Part shown: positions 49,115-63,572 of the stretch, piece by piece
How the letters are laid out: every line of letters begins with the position of its first letter
Numbering within the stretch: position 1 is the stretch's first letter
Source: Antedon mediterranea
Taxonomy: Eukaryota > Animalia > Echinodermata
Direction: 5' to 3'
DNA length: 64,000 nucleotides
NCBI RefSeq assembly: GCF_964355755.1
Contig: NC_092671.1
Location: forward strand, 12,028,001 to 12,092,000
The notes under the pieces: model-generated
Databases searched by the model: none
What the model was told of the DNA's origin: nothing
The model's input: only the letters and a program-made list of their open reading frames with translations
Made by a program: the position numbers and the translations under genes

Positions 49115-51231
49115 CTAGATGGTACGCTCGCTTTGCTCGCGTACCATCTAGGTCGTGCCCACAGATGGTTCTCGAATACACAGTAATTTCAGGGTAAAAA
49201 ATCTGGCGATTTCAAATGCACGTACCGCAGGACTATAATACATTGTCGTTTACAGAAACAAATAAGTAGACACGATAATTTATGTAGTCAACTAAAATTA
49301 CCACTCTGGGAATTACTTCCGAAAGAGAAACTTACCACAAAATTAGTCCAAATTGTTTATTCATTTAAAGAAACCCAATTATGGTTGAGGGATGGGAAAG
49401 AGGATAGGTACAAAGAAGAACAATTTTTAAATATATTCTTTATCCACGTCAGTAACGAAATATTGTTTTCATTTTTCATAGGCCTATAAATAATATACCA
49501 CCACTAACGGTGACTAAATATAGTAAAACATTTGCGATTTAATACTTTGTTAAAACTGTCACTGTCATAGTCGATTGAAATAGTAAAGTACATGTAACGA
49601 TACACCACTACGACGTTTATATTTTTTGTAATTATTAATTAATGCAAACGTTGAGAAGCAACTGTCAGTAATAAAGTTTATTTGTATATTACGTGTGTAT
49701 ATATCTAACAGTAGAGCCTACCCATAATCACAGTAATAAAGTTTATTTGTATATATTTTTTTACATCTAACAGTATTCACAGTAAGAAATGTTTGTATAT
49801 ATTTTTTTACATCTAACAGTATTCACAGTAAGAAATGTTCGATTCAAATGACGACCAAAAATGGTTAATAGGTATTTGCAGTACTGTATTGTCAAAGTAT
49901 TGCAAGTTTATTCTCCAAGGGCTCATAAATTTACCTACTTGTGTTAAACCAAACTGGCAGACTGAGAGATTGGAATGTTCCATTCATCGCAAATCAATAC
50001 ATTTGTATAAACGTATATTAAATCTATCAAAATAGTATTTTTTTAAAGAAAATCGGCCTGTCTTCAACATTATGATGCTGTACTCGGGCTGTTCAACCGG
50101 TTTTCAGCCATTAAAAACAATTATCGTAGGAGGAGATAGGAAAATGCGAAGCATCCTCGTATTATTGTCTGCGGGTATTTTTCAAGATGGACATACATTA
50201 GACAGTGACGTGTATACACGATCGGAAAACACCCCTATTTGGGGCAAATCGTTGAACCTAAATTCGTTTTAATCGTCAATAACTAATTATCGAACTCAAT
50301 TTAATTAGTAAACACGGTTACATCAGGTGGTTAAAATCAGTACCGAAAGTACGAACCAACTTTATATACCATCGAGTAAACATTCTAGAAATTACGCGCG
50401 ATTTACCGAATTTTGCCCTTACGTAAATTTATATATAGATGCAAACGTTGAGAAGCAACTGTCAGTAATAAAGTTTATTTGTATATTACGTGTTTATATA
50501 TCTAACAGTAGAGCCTACCCATAATCACAGTAATAAAGTTTATTTGTAAATATTTTTTTACATCTAACAGTATTCACAGTAAGAAATGTTTGTATATATT
50601 TTTTTACATCTAACAGTATTCACAGTAAGAAATGTTCGATTCAAATGACGACCAAAAATGGTTAATAAGTATTTGCAGTACTGTATTGTCAAAGTATTGC
50701 AAGTTTATTCTCCAAGGGCTCATAAATTTACCTACTTGTGTTAAACCAAACTGGCAGACTGAGAGATTGGAATGTTCCATTCATCGCAAATCAATACATT
50801 TGTAAAAACGTAAATTAAATTTATCAAAATAGTATTTTTTAAAGAAAATCGGCCTGTCTTCAACATTATGATGCTGTACTCGAGCAGTTCAACCGGTTTT
50901 CAGCTATTAAAAACAATTATCGTAGGAGGAGATAGGAAAATGCGAAGCGTCCTCGTATTATTGTGTGCGGGTATTTTTCAAGTTGGACATCCATTAAACA
51001 GTGTATACCACGATCGGAAAACACCCCTATTTGGGGCAAATCGTTGAACCTAAATTCGTTTTAATCGTCAATAACTAATTATCTAACTCAATTTAATTAG
51101 TAAACAGGGTTACATCAGGTGGTTAAAATCAGTACCGAAAGTATGAACCAACTTTATATACCATCGAGTAAAAATTCTAGAAGTAAGGCGCGATTTACCG
51201 AATTTTGCCCTTACGTAAATTTATATATAGA
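49115..51231 (-). mobile_element. Helitron family A with duplicated 5' half
   Basis: Full copy 49115-50439 plus 50440-51231, which repeats ~49643-50439. Confidence 0.82.
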
Positions 51232-52700
51232 TAGTAGTTAATATATTCCATTTATAATGTATGTATAAACATATATTCATATTTTTTTTAACATTTTTAA
51301 AGTAAAAAATTATTACAATACCTATCAACCTTTCTGATATTGTTACTATTATATAATATTCTTTGAGGCAGCAATAAAAAAAAAATTAGAACAATTAATT
51401 TGAGTTATACTGTACTATGTTAGTTCAGGAGATGAAGTGTGTGTGGGCAGAAACTAGTGTGTTGGAGGTTGGTGGTGTGAGGTGTATAGTTGTCACTTTA
51501 AGACCTAAATTAGATGTTTTCTGAAGAAAAGAAGTAAGCGCGTACGCTTTCAAACAACTCCAAGAAGATTCACACAAAATAAACTACTTTCCAATAAAGT
51601 AGTATAACAGTGTATATTACAGTACATTGAATAAACTCGAGCGGAATAATAACGCACATAAAAAAACATTCATTTTCTTTTTGAAAAGTGCCCTCTCTAG
51701 TTTTCTATTAATTTATTAATAATTATTATTAATTAATGAGTAATATGAACATATTTTTAAATGCTGGAAGCTGGTTCTACTCATAACAAAGTTTCATATC
51801 TCCAAATTTCATCAACGTATTCAAAGCACTTCAATATTAAATATCACATTTAACATAAAAATTCGGGTTTTGGATAGAATTTTGCTTAAAAACATATACA
51901 AAAAAACATCGATAAAAAATACTTTTCGTATTCAAAAACATTTGATACTTGGTATAAATGTTCACTATAGGTTGCTCTATTCACAGAAAAAAATTGCATT
52001 CATGAACGTTTTTTGTTGGTTGTTTTTTCAAAATAGTTATTAGCTTGAAAAAAATGAGTTGGAATTGTATGGTCTTTCATAAGTGTACATTTTGTAAAAA
52101 CGTAAATTTAAAAAATCAGTGATATGGCTTGATAGTTATTTTTTGTTTGCAATATGGATGGAGCAACCTATTTTATATTATAATATCTAACTTTCTCCTT
52201 ATATAAATATATTATTTTATCCAAGTGTTCACATGTCTTGTTAAGTATTGCACCTTTGTCCTGTCTTTATGTTTTCTGTAATGTCACTGCACTAACGGGT
52301 GACCACCGGTAAACGAGCTTCGCTCTTACGGTTATCCATCCATATAAGTTGTTCATCTCTTATGTTCAGAAATTGAAATGGTAAATAAACTGAAACTGAA
52401 ACTGTGCTTATGTGATACAGGTTGACGAGCCAGGAATGATGGTAGTGCCAGTATACCGTGTAGTTTAGCCTCAAGGCAATACCATGTAGCTGGAGTAGCT
52501 TGGACAAATACAGTAGAGATTTATGAGACTTGGTGTGTGATGATTCAGTATGATAAATTTGTGCTGTGAAAGACAAAATTGTAGAATTAGGAAGAAAATA
52601 TTGTAAAATAATATAACAAGGAAATTATACTATAGTATAATTAAGGGGTAACCGTATAATACATAATTAATAGTAATAAAGGCAATGGCAATTACTTATA

Positions 52701-55264
52701 CTAGATAGCACGCTCGCTTCGCTCGCGTACCATCTAGGGGTGCTCACAGATGGTTCTCGAATACAGTAGAATCCACGGACGGGGACTTTTTTGGGACACT
52801 AAACAAAAACGGAAGTGTCCCCCTAATTGGGGTATTCAGAAATAGAGACAACAAAACCAATACTGGATTCTGGACAATTAATTTATGTGGATTAAAGAAA
52901 TTAGGGAGAAATGGAAATGTATGTACGGGAATTGGGCGGCACGTGGTGGTGGTGATGGAACCGCAGTAATAAAGTTGATTGTATTTATATATAATAAGAA
53001 CCAAACTAAATAAATAGACCTAGACATTCTGCGAAATGGAAATCGGAAATTCAAGCTCCTATTCAGTGAAAAATTAAACTGTAGTCTACCTATATATTTA
53101 GGGCAAATCATCGGTTGTGGTGTTGAAATTCCTGTAAACATTTGTGTGAACCAAACTGGGTCGAATTTCTGTCATGAGTACTGATTTGTTGGCCTGTGAT
53201 TTATGACGCCTAAGGGATCTATCTAGACTTATTTTTTAGAATAATGTACGTACCTGTCAGATACAATTGTCTTGTGTCGTATAATAAATAAGTACTGTAA
53301 TAGTTACTGAAGTTACTATTACAATCTCGTCAATGAAAACACGAAAATGTATATGCACTTACTTATGAAAACGTATACAGTATTATACTCAGTTATTGAA
53401 ACAGTAGGTTTAAAAAAGTTTCGTTTGTCTGTAAAATGATGTAATCAAGCTGTTTACATGAGTTTTAATTTATAAGCACATCAATAATAAAATAGTTTAT
53501 CTATCCTGTAATTGGCGAGATTATGGTCGCTGTTGAATGAAATAAAGCCAATCGGTATCATATTTGTACAGAAACGTTTTCGCGGCCGAAGGGTGTAACC
53601 TAAATTCGTTGTATTATCGTCAAGAACTAACTGTAACTAAACTTACATAGAAAGTAGGGTATCATAAATTTGGCCTTAGCACTCGGGGGAGTGGCTAAGA
53701 TGAAGTCCGTGGGACTACTAAATATAAATTGTAATGAACCTCGAGGGAAATAAATAGGAATATTTCATGTTTCATTATCAATGTATAATAAATGGAAACT
53801 GTTTACCGATTCAAATAATAGAAATTGGTTTTTAACATTTTCCGAACCTATTGCAAGTTTATTCTCAAAGGGCCCATATATTTACCTACCGTATGTGTTA
53901 AACCAAGGGCTCATAAATTTACCTACAGTACTTGTGTTAAACCAAACTCTGGCAGACTGAGAGATTGGGATGTTCCATTCATCGCAAATCAATACATTTG
54001 TATAATCGTATATTAAATCTATCAAAATAGTATTTTTTAAAGAAAATCGGCCTGTCTTCAACATTATGATGGTGTACTCTAGCAATCTATCAAAATAGTA
54101 TTTTTTAAAGAAAATCGGCCTGTCTTCACTCTTCAACTTTATGATGGTGTACTCTAGCTGTTCAACCGGTTTTCAGCTATTAAAAACAATTATCGTAGGA
54201 GGAGATAGGAAAATGCGAAGCCTCCTCGCTATGTAACATTAGGGTTGAGGGATGGGAAAGCGGATAGGTACAAAGAGGAACAATTTTAAAATATATTCTT
54301 TATCCACTGAGTAACGAAATATTTTGTTCATGTTTTATAGGCCTATAAATAATATACCTCTAAATACAGTAGGCCTAAAACATTTGCGATTTAATACTTT
54401 GTTAAAACTGTCACTGTCATAATCGATTAAAATATTAAAGTACATGTCACGATACACCACTACGACGTTTATATTTTTGGTAATTATTAATTAATACAAA
54501 CGTTGAGAAGGAACTGTCAGTATAAAGTTTATTTGTATATCTAACAGTAGAGCCTATCCACAGTCTCAGTAATAAAGTTTATTTGTATATATTTTTATAT
54601 TACATCTAACAGTACGAACATTCACAGTAAGAAAGGTTCGATTCAAATGAAAAATAGTTAATAGGTATTTACAGTATTGTCAAAGTATTGCAAGTTTATT
54701 CTCAAAGGGCCCATATATTTACCTACTTATGTTTTAAACCAAGGGCTCATAAATTTACCTACAGTACTTGTGTTAAACCAAACTCTGGCAGACTGAGAGA
54801 TTGGGATGTTCCATTCATCGCAAATCAATACATTTGTATAATCGTATATTAAATCTATCAAAATAGTATTTTTTTAAGAAAATCGGCCTGTCTTCAACAT
54901 TATGATGGTATACTCTAGCTGTTCAACCGGTTTTCAGCTATTAAAAACAATTATCGTAGGAGGAGATAGAAAAATGCGAAGCCTCCTCGCATTTTTTTGG
55001 CGGGTATTTTTTAAGATGGACATCCATTAGACAGTGTATACCACGATCGGAAAACACCCCTATTTGGGGCAAATCGTTGAACCTAAATTCGTTTTAATCG
55101 TCAATAACTAATTATCTAACTCAATTTAATTAGTAAACAGGGTTACATCAGGCGGTTAAAATCAGTACCGAAAGTACGAACCAACTTTACATACCATCGA
55201 GTGAAAATTCTAGAAGTAAGGCGCGATTTACCGAATTTTGCCCTTACGTAAATTTATATATAGA
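52701..55264 (-). mobile_element. Helitron family A, chimeric copy with ~1.1 kb of different internal sequence
   Basis: Same TC and hairpin-CTAG termini; ~52770-53845 does not align to the other copies by eye; partial duplication 53848-54228. Confidence 0.78.
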
Positions 55265-56329
55265 TTATGTATACATTACAATATTACAAATAAATTCATA
55301 TATTATTTTATTATGATAAGGAAATCTGTTTTAGAATGAGAAAAAAGCCGTCCCAACCCAGATTTGAACCCAGCTATCAATAAAGCTATAAAACAAAATA
55401 GACCATATTGTAGCCGGACTGGGTAGCGTAGACTTACTTGAGGCCTAGGCATAGTACGATTAGCTAGAAGGATACAGGTCAACCCGTACCCATGCCATGC
55501 CAACACGCTCGTACCCAAATTTTGGTTTACATATATCCAACATTTTGGCTTACTCGTACCCATTATGGGCTGCTTAGTAGGAGTAGTAGTAGTAGTAGCC
55601 TAGCCTAAAGCAGCAGGCCCGGCCCTAGCCTACTACAACTTAAGTCTAGGCCTAGCCTAGTACTAGTAGGCCTCTAGCTAGGCCCTAGGCCTAGTAGTTA
55701 ACATCATACATACGCCCTAGAGCCTAGTAGTAGCTACCTACTACTCACTAGCTAGGCCTAGGTAGTAGCAGTAGTAGTTATTAGAGTAGTATTATTGTAT
55801 TGTAGTATTAGTTGTAGCTGTCCGGTGATCCTTGGTCACTTGTCTAGATCCCCTAGTGGGTCTAGGCTAGGCCTAGTACGTAGTTATTCTTCAACAGTCA
55901 CACAATTCAGATTCTGCCGGCCGCTGATTGCTAGTGAACAGGGGGAGGGAGAGAAAGAGTTAGAAGAACTGAAATAAGCCGTGACGTATAATAAACATCA
56001 TACAAAATAATAATATAACTAACGAATCCGTATAATATAATAATGTTGTATGTTATAAAGTAAAGTAAATGCGTTTAATATAATACAATTATATTATAAC
56101 ATAATGTATTTTATTAATAACATAATATTAAATGTTCATAATATAATGCTAAAACCAAATAATATAATACAAAAAGTCAATAATTTGTTACATTTTTCAC
56201 ATAATATATTAGAAATAGATATAATATAATGCTAAAACCAAGTAATATAATGCAAAACGTATAATTCATTACAATACAATATATAATATAATAAAAAAAT
56301 GATATAATAATATAATATTTTGAATACTT

Positions 56330-56392
56330 CAGACAGCTGAGGCTTGCCATACAGACAGCTGAGGCTTGCCATACAGACAGCTGAGGCTTGCC
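56330..56392. repeat. 22-bp tandem repeat, about 3 copies (CAGACAGCTGAGGCTTGCCATA)
   Basis: Direct observation. Confidence 0.85.
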
Positions 56393-57122
56393 AGACATAC
56401 CTAGTCCAATGTACCGTTTTATTTCATTTTCAAAAATTTATAATTTTATTTCAGTTATGTTTGACATCCCAACGCGATTTCATGCGGTAGTTCCATGCCA
56501 TTTGATATTGAGCTCCTTGATGTTTCTACATTATTTACGAAAGTGCTCCACCCTCCTTCTGTTTTGTTTTGCTGCTTTTGTAGGACGACATGTAATTTGG
56601 CAGCTATTCTACGTGATAGTGCTTTTATATAGGTCTGATTTGCTTTTTAAAATAAAGGACTATTAGTGCCTATTATAACAAATATTCTGATTTAGAATTT
56701 TACACCCGGGAAGTGCGAGTGATTTGTGCACAACTTAGTGTGTATTATTTATATCCCATAACGTCTTTATCCAGTTTTTTATTGTCCAACTCTATAAGTA
56801 TCTGCTCTGTTCGCATAAAATCTAGCTGTAAAACGAAAACAAATCAGTGTATTAGAGTCTATTTTAATGCTTAGATAAAAGCAATGAAGAACAATTTCTT
56901 CTGCCTAACATTGATTATGGCCTGTGGCTTATCGTAATCATTTCAACTACTGTCAATCGATGTAGAGGCTTACATTCAAAATAACCATCGAATATTAAGT
57001 TTACAGTTTTACCGTAAATAATTACATTCATCAACCGTTTTACTAAATATTACGCGACAACTAATTGTCTGACACTGACTGTATTGCCTAAATTGATCAT
57101 TATTATAATAATTAATTACGAA

Positions 57123-57891
57123 CTAACGGTCAATTCTCGGTTCTTCTTCCACCTCATAATATTGCACAGGTTCTGGTTCTGCGATTAACAAAAAGATTAA
57201 ATCAACGTCAATGAATTTAGAACTAGAATATTCCATTATCAACATATCGTAAATGTGGGAAAACTTTGTCCCCTGTTAATGGTGACAACGACAACTTACC
57301 GACCGGAAAATTAATACATGTAATCTTTTCATCATAGAAAAAACACATTCCGTTTTCTTTACATGGATTGGGATGACATGGATCGTCTACGAAGAAAAAA
57401 AGATAAATTCAGCATTATTAAAGCATAATATTGAAATATCAAAACTGTGTGTCTTTATGTCCCTGTTACTGTAGACTAATCGTGGGTTACAATTGTAAAT
57501 AAAATGCATCATAAAACATCGCATTATTCGAGATAGGCCTAATACCACTGTAGTAAAGTTTTAATACTGTATGTTATTCCATGGCTGGTCACTCCAACAT
57601 GGTTTTAAAAGAAAAGTTAGAGTAAATGTGAAATACAATTTCATCAATCCAAATGCAATTGGCAAAATATGTGTACTTAGTATAATGAATGGCTACAGAG
57701 CCACTAATAGTGATACGTCGTTGACTGTGTATAACATCCTGAGAACGACATGAAATTAGTTGACAGATTTAATTTACACCAATATTTATTGGACTAGAAG
57801 TAGGTATCGGTAACTCTCACTAACCTGCGCTAGACAACTCGACGGTTACATACACAAACATGAATATAAGAATAATTGACAATCGAAACAT
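57123..57891 (-). CDS. Predicted 69-aa secreted 4-Cys (FOLN/EGF-like) peptide; exons 57891-57825, 57386-57300, 57178-57123
   Basis: GT-AG phase-1 introns give MFRLSIILIFMFVYVTVELSSA-DDPCHPNPCKENGMCFFYDEKITCINFPV-EPEPVQYYEVEEEPRIDR*. Confidence 0.62.
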
Positions 57892-59053
57892 CTTGCAGAA
57901 AGAAGTCTATATTAAGAGGAATACGTGAAGAAAAACAAATACTGCAAATGTTAAGAATGATGACAATATAGATCACAAATACAACAATATTGAAAACATG
58001 GAATAATGTAAAAATGTAAACTGTTAATTAGATCTAAATAGAATATTTACTCACCTTAGTCGTTAATAGGTAATTTGTATCGTTACGCAAGCTCTCCGTA
58101 GACTAAAAGGTGTGGACATGTAAACTGGTATTTTATCATCTCATCACGCATAGGTTTTAATATATTAATATTAACGGTTATAATAGCAATATTAGCAATA
58201 CAAATATACATACAGCTGTTTTACAATTAGATTAATAAAACGTCAAATAAATTACATCCCGTTCTTTTTTTTCATTTATTTTTTGTTTAATCTTCTTTAT
58301 AGAGGGTGACTCTAAACAGTATATGCTGACAATCAATTGCTTATCGATGATGTTAGCGCTTTCCACTTTAATTCGATTGTAGGTAATTTTAAAAAACAGT
58401 TCAAACAATTAAGTTGACTCAGGTTTCAAGTCGTATCATGTAATAATCGTTTATGATGATGATGGTAGAGCTAATAGAAATTTAAGAAATAAAAACCACA
58501 TATAGTTTTGATTTTGTTATTTTATTAGATTTATTATATATTATTTATATGTCATGTAGTTAAAATCAGTGAGTTCTGCTTGAAATCCCAATTTCCTACG
58601 GTAATAGTCCCTACTATCCGGGAAATTTGAGTGATGTGCATAACTTAGTCTATGTAGGCTATGTATGACATATTTCAAAACTTCTTATTCACACCGTCTG
58701 TTTTACTATCCGTTAGCTCTGTTAACGTCGTGTATGTTGTGATTAAATAAATCTGTAATAAAAACAAAACCAGTGTAATACTGTGCGAGTGCATTATCAT
58801 CAACTCAATGACAATTTTCAATTTTCCTTATTAAAAATTACATTACTCACTAAATGTTATGTAATTACACATATCATTTAGGTTTATAGAATCTTTAAAT
58901 TTCTGTTAATGTTTGTAAATTTGGAATTGAAACATATTGTTTGTATTAAAATGAAATTAAATATGAAAAAGGTAGCCTATAAACAGCTCATTAACCCCCC
59001 AAAAAGCTGAAAAGGTATATCACTCCTCCCTGGGTATACGAACAACGACTTAC

Positions 59054-59836
59054 CAATATACGTACTGGTAATCGGTTCACATACGGCATTTCCATTTAAC
59101 ATGTAACATACTTCCGACGTCTCACATGTATTGGAATGGAGAGGACATGGCACTGTAGTAATACAAAAATATCAAGGTATCGTTTCAAACTTTGTCTTCT
59201 GTCAGCAATGGTGAATATTAATGGGGTATCACATTAATCAGAACGACGACTTGGGACAAGAAATTCATACCAAACTTTAGACGATTAATCTAAGATAGCC
59301 TAATCATTGTAAATAAATTCTTACTTATAGCCGTACATTCAACTTGTCTTTGAACTAACACATGTCATCATTCCAACATGGGTCGTAACAAAGATAAGAT
59401 ATTAAATGTGAAATACACTAGTTTACATCAATCCAAATACAAATTAACTAAATATTTGTATATGGTAAGATTTGACAAATTTAATTTTCATGGAAACCTA
59501 AAACGACGTTATATCAAACCACTTTTTATTTCTGTTTTCGACAGACTATTATTAGGCCTAGCCTATATGCTCTCTCCGTTTACAAACAATCTCTGGATCC
59601 GCCTCTGACGCACTGGTGCACCTTCAGTCAGACCATGGAGGAAAAAATAATCTGTAAATTGTAATCTGTAACTTATCTTTAAATGTTTGCAAATTGTCCC
59701 TAATTGCCAGAATATAAGAATTTGACAGCTCTTTAATACTTGTAAATCATTTGTAAAGAAATGCTTACGTGCACCCAGAAAATTCGACGTTTACATACAA
59801 AAACATGAATATTAGAATAGTTGACAATCAAAACAT
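59054..59836 (-). pseudogene. Divergent paralog of the secreted 4-Cys peptide gene
   Basis: Signal exon has a stop at codon 3 (CGA>TGA). Intact 99-nt phase-1 exon 59152-59054 encodes PCPLHSNTCETSEVCYMLNGNAVCEPITSTYI. Confidence 0.55.
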
Positions 59837-60279
59837 CGCAGAGAGAAATCTAAGAAATGTGAATATAAGACATTATTTTTAAAGTACACACATGAAATTG
59901 TCTGTTACTGTATAAAACAGTTTATCTCCAACCGTGAACAATAAGTTACAGGCAATATGTTTCATGACTCAATATAATCTTTGACAATTACCCTCTCCCT
60001 AATTGTGTGAAATCCTTGATCAAAGTAAAAAAAAGTGAACGCGCAAAAAGCCCTTAGAATTTCAACGAAAATGTACATAGGCCTACTATTCTCCAGATTT
60101 GCAATAAAGTCATAGATCCATATTCATTCACGGACCAAATATTTGGAACGCGCTCTATAAAACCAATAAATTAAAATCCCAATACTCTTTTGAAAAAAGA
60201 AACTAAAGAAATGACATTGAGTACATGTATGTATAGTGCCTCCGGGGGACAAACAGTCTCATGTCCTTTTATACCAAAC

Positions 60280-60843
60280 CTGTAGTCCAATGTACAATTT
60301 TATGTCATTTTAGAAATTTAGAATTTTATTTCAGTTATGTTTGACATCCCAACGCGATTTCCTGCGGTAGTTCCATGCCATTTGATATTGAGCTCCTCGA
60401 TGTTTCTACATTATTTACGAAAGTGCTCCACCATCCTCCTGTTTTGTTTTGCCGCTTTTGTAAGCTATTCCACGTGATAGTGCTTTTATATAGGTCTGAT
60501 TTGTTTTTTAAATAAAAGACTATTAGTGCCTATTATAACAAATATTCTGATTTAAAAGGAATTGTACATCCGGGAAGGGCGAGTGATTTGTGCACAACTT
60601 ATGTATGTTGTGTGTATTATTTATATTCTATAATTCCATTCCATTGATTATGGCCTGTAGCTTATCATAATCATTTAAACCACTGTCAGTCGATGTAAAG
60701 GCTTACATTCAAAATATCCATCGAATATTAAGTTTACAGTTTTTACCGTAAATAATTACATTCACCAATGGTTTTACTAAATATTGCGTGACAACTAATT
60801 GTCTGGCACTGACTTTATAGCCTAAATTGATATAATATATAAT

Positions 60844-60884
<41 letters not shown>

Positions 60885-61830
60885 AATAATAATAACAATA
60901 ATAACACTCATAATAATAATATAATAATCTATAATAATCTCCGTTCTTCTTCCACCTCATAAAACATGAATAGAATAATTGACAATCGAAACATCTTGTA
61001 GAAAGAAGTCTATATTAAGAGAAGTAAGTGAATAAAAACAAATATGATGATAATATGGATCACAAATACAACAATATTGAAAACATTAAATAATGTAAAC
61101 TGTTAATTAGATCTGAGTAGAATGTTTACTCACCTTAGTTATACAGGTAATTTGTATCGTTACGCAATCTCTCAGTAGACTAAAATGTGTGGACATGTAA
61201 ACTGGTGTTTTATTATCTCATCACGCATAATATATTAATACTAATTCTTATATTAGAAGGATTAGCAGCAATACATACATGCATCTGCTTTACAATTAGA
61301 ATAATAAAACGCTTATCAAATTAATTACATCCCAGTTTTTCTCGACTTTTTAAAAATGTATTTTTTATTTTGGCATAAATTGATCATTATCATAATAATT
61401 AATTACGAACTGTAGCACACAATTTAAACTATTTTAACCCGAGTCAACTTAAAAGTTGGCTTAGGTTTTCAAGTTGTTTGTAATCTTGAACTTGTTATTG
61501 TATTAGACCAGGTCAATATGTCAGAAATTAGAATCAGTGAGTTCTGCTTAAAATCCCAACCCGATTTGCTACGGTACGGTAATAGTTCCTATAGGCCTAT
61601 CCGGGAAATGCACAACATAGTCTATGTAGGCCTACTAAATATCTTAAACTTATGAAATATTTCATAAATTCTTATTCACACCGTCTGTTTTATTATCTTT
61701 TAGCTCTGTTAACGTCGTGTAAGTTGCGATTCAATGAAGCTGTAATAAAAACAAAATCAGTGTAATACTTGATATCAGTGCATTATCATCAAATCAATTT
61801 TACTTTATAAAACTTACGTTACTCACATTT
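60280..61830 (-). pseudogene. Duplicate of 56400-58860 with the Cys exon deleted
   Basis: Flanks align with the 56-58 kb unit; terminal-exon and signal-exon remnants are fused at ~60960. Confidence 0.6.
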
Positions 61831-61859
61831 ATTTTTTGATTGTAAAAGCGCTTTATAAA

Positions 61860-62470
61860 TCGAACATTTTAGGGTGTTTGATTCAATGTAATTTGTCATG
61901 GGACAAACAAGTCGACTTGATACTGTATCGAATTGTAACTGTCTCATAGGTCTGATACGACTAATAACATCGAATGCTTCTAAAGAAGTAGCTCTGCACC
62001 TTTATAAGTCACTTGTCCTACCTTGTTTGTATTATTGTTCCCCAGTCTGGTGAGTGTATCTTAAGAAACACATTCATCAGTTTTGGTACAGCGGAGAGCT
62101 ACTTGCATGATACTTAGGAAAAGATACTTGGAACAATCGTATTTCAACAGAAGAATGGAGTAAGGTCTATTGTCTGTCGAAAATAGACGTGCTTTCATTA
62201 ATATGTCCTTTATTGCCAAATTACTTATTTCTCATAGATCTGATTTTATGAGCAATTTTATTGAATCTTTTGTTATTAACAAGATGCATCAAGATGTCAC
62301 TTACGTTTCATCATGGTATCGCTAGGAATGATGCGTACAAATATTCCGGAGTTATTTGTTTTCCAAAGGCCTTTTCTGTACTCTATGTGGGGATTCGTAA
62401 TTATGTCATTGAAGAGCCTTTCCATAAGTTTAAAGCCAGTTTAAAACAATTTTATACTGATGTTTAATTT
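61860..62470 (+). mobile_element. Old CR1/L2 RT C-terminal remnant
   Basis: LYKSLVLPCLYYCSPVW..VQRRAT..LLSVENRR with stops. Confidence 0.55.
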
Positions 62471-62831
62471 TGTAAATATAATGATGAATGTACAATAATC
62501 TATTTTTATAATACAAGTATCTATTTTTATAAATCAATCTTTAATGTACAATAATCCTTCTTTTTTTTTTATTATATAAGCATCTATTTTTGCAATTGAT
62601 TATGACCTGTGGCTTATCATAGTCATTTCAACCACTTTCAATCCATATTTTACAAGTAAAATATCAATCGAACGAACTTGTGTTTTACACTGTAAAAATC
62701 TGTACAGTAAAGTTTTTCGACCGTAAAAAAATTACATCCAGCAACAATTTTACTAATTATCTATCTGCAGGCTTGTTTGGTACTGACTGTAATGGCCAAA
62801 ATTGATCATTATTATAATAATTAATTATGAA

Positions 62832-63572
62832 CTAACTGTCAATTCTCGGTTCTTTAGCCTCAGGTTTTAGCTCAGGTTCTTGTGCTGTGGTTAACAAAAA
62901 GATAGAATCAACATCAATGAATCTTAAACTAGAATATTCAATTATCAACGTATCGTAATTGTGGGACTACTTTGACGACTTACCAATCGGATTACGAATA
63001 CATTCAACACTTTTACCATAGGGACAACATGTTTTGTTTTCTTTACATGAATTTGAATCATCACATTTACCGGCTACGGATAAAAAAGGATATATGAATC
63101 AGCATTAATAATGCATAATATTGAAATATCAAAACTGTTTGTCTTTATATTCCTGTTATTGTAGGCCTACACTAATCGTGGGTTACAATTGTAAATAAAA
63201 TGCATCATAAAACATCGCATTATTCGAGATATACCACTATATTAACGTTTCAATACTGTATGTTATTTCATGGATGGTCACTCCAACATGGTTTTGAAAG
63301 AAAAGTTAGAGTAAATGTGAAATACAATTTCATCAATCCAAATGGAATTGACAAAATATGGGTATTTAGTATAATGAATGGCTACAAAGCCACTAATTGT
63401 GATACGTCGTCGACTGTGTATAACATCCTGAGAATGACATGAAATTAGTTGACAGATTTAATTTACACCAATATTCATTGGACTAGAAGTAGGTATCGGT
63501 AACTCTCACTAACTTGCGCTCGACGGTTACATACAAAAACATGAATATAAGAATAATTGACAATCGAATCAT
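62832..63572 (-). pseudogene. Secreted 4-Cys peptide paralog, frameshifted signal exon
   Basis: Cys exon GKCDDSNSCKENKTCCPYGKSVEC and last exon AQEPELKPEAKEPRIDS* keep AG/GT sites; the signal exon carries a small deletion. Confidence 0.62.

Noticed and set aside
52292-52576. 94-aa minus-strand ORF with an acceptor-like start
   Set aside because: No recognisable motif or partner exons.
55560-55880. TAGCC/CCTAG/GTA-rich tract resembling the IGS and the 9-mer
   Set aside because: Irregular low-complexity sequence with no GTACTAGCC tandem and no rDNA. It does show that TAGCC is a common local motif, which weakens target-derived explanations for the arrays.
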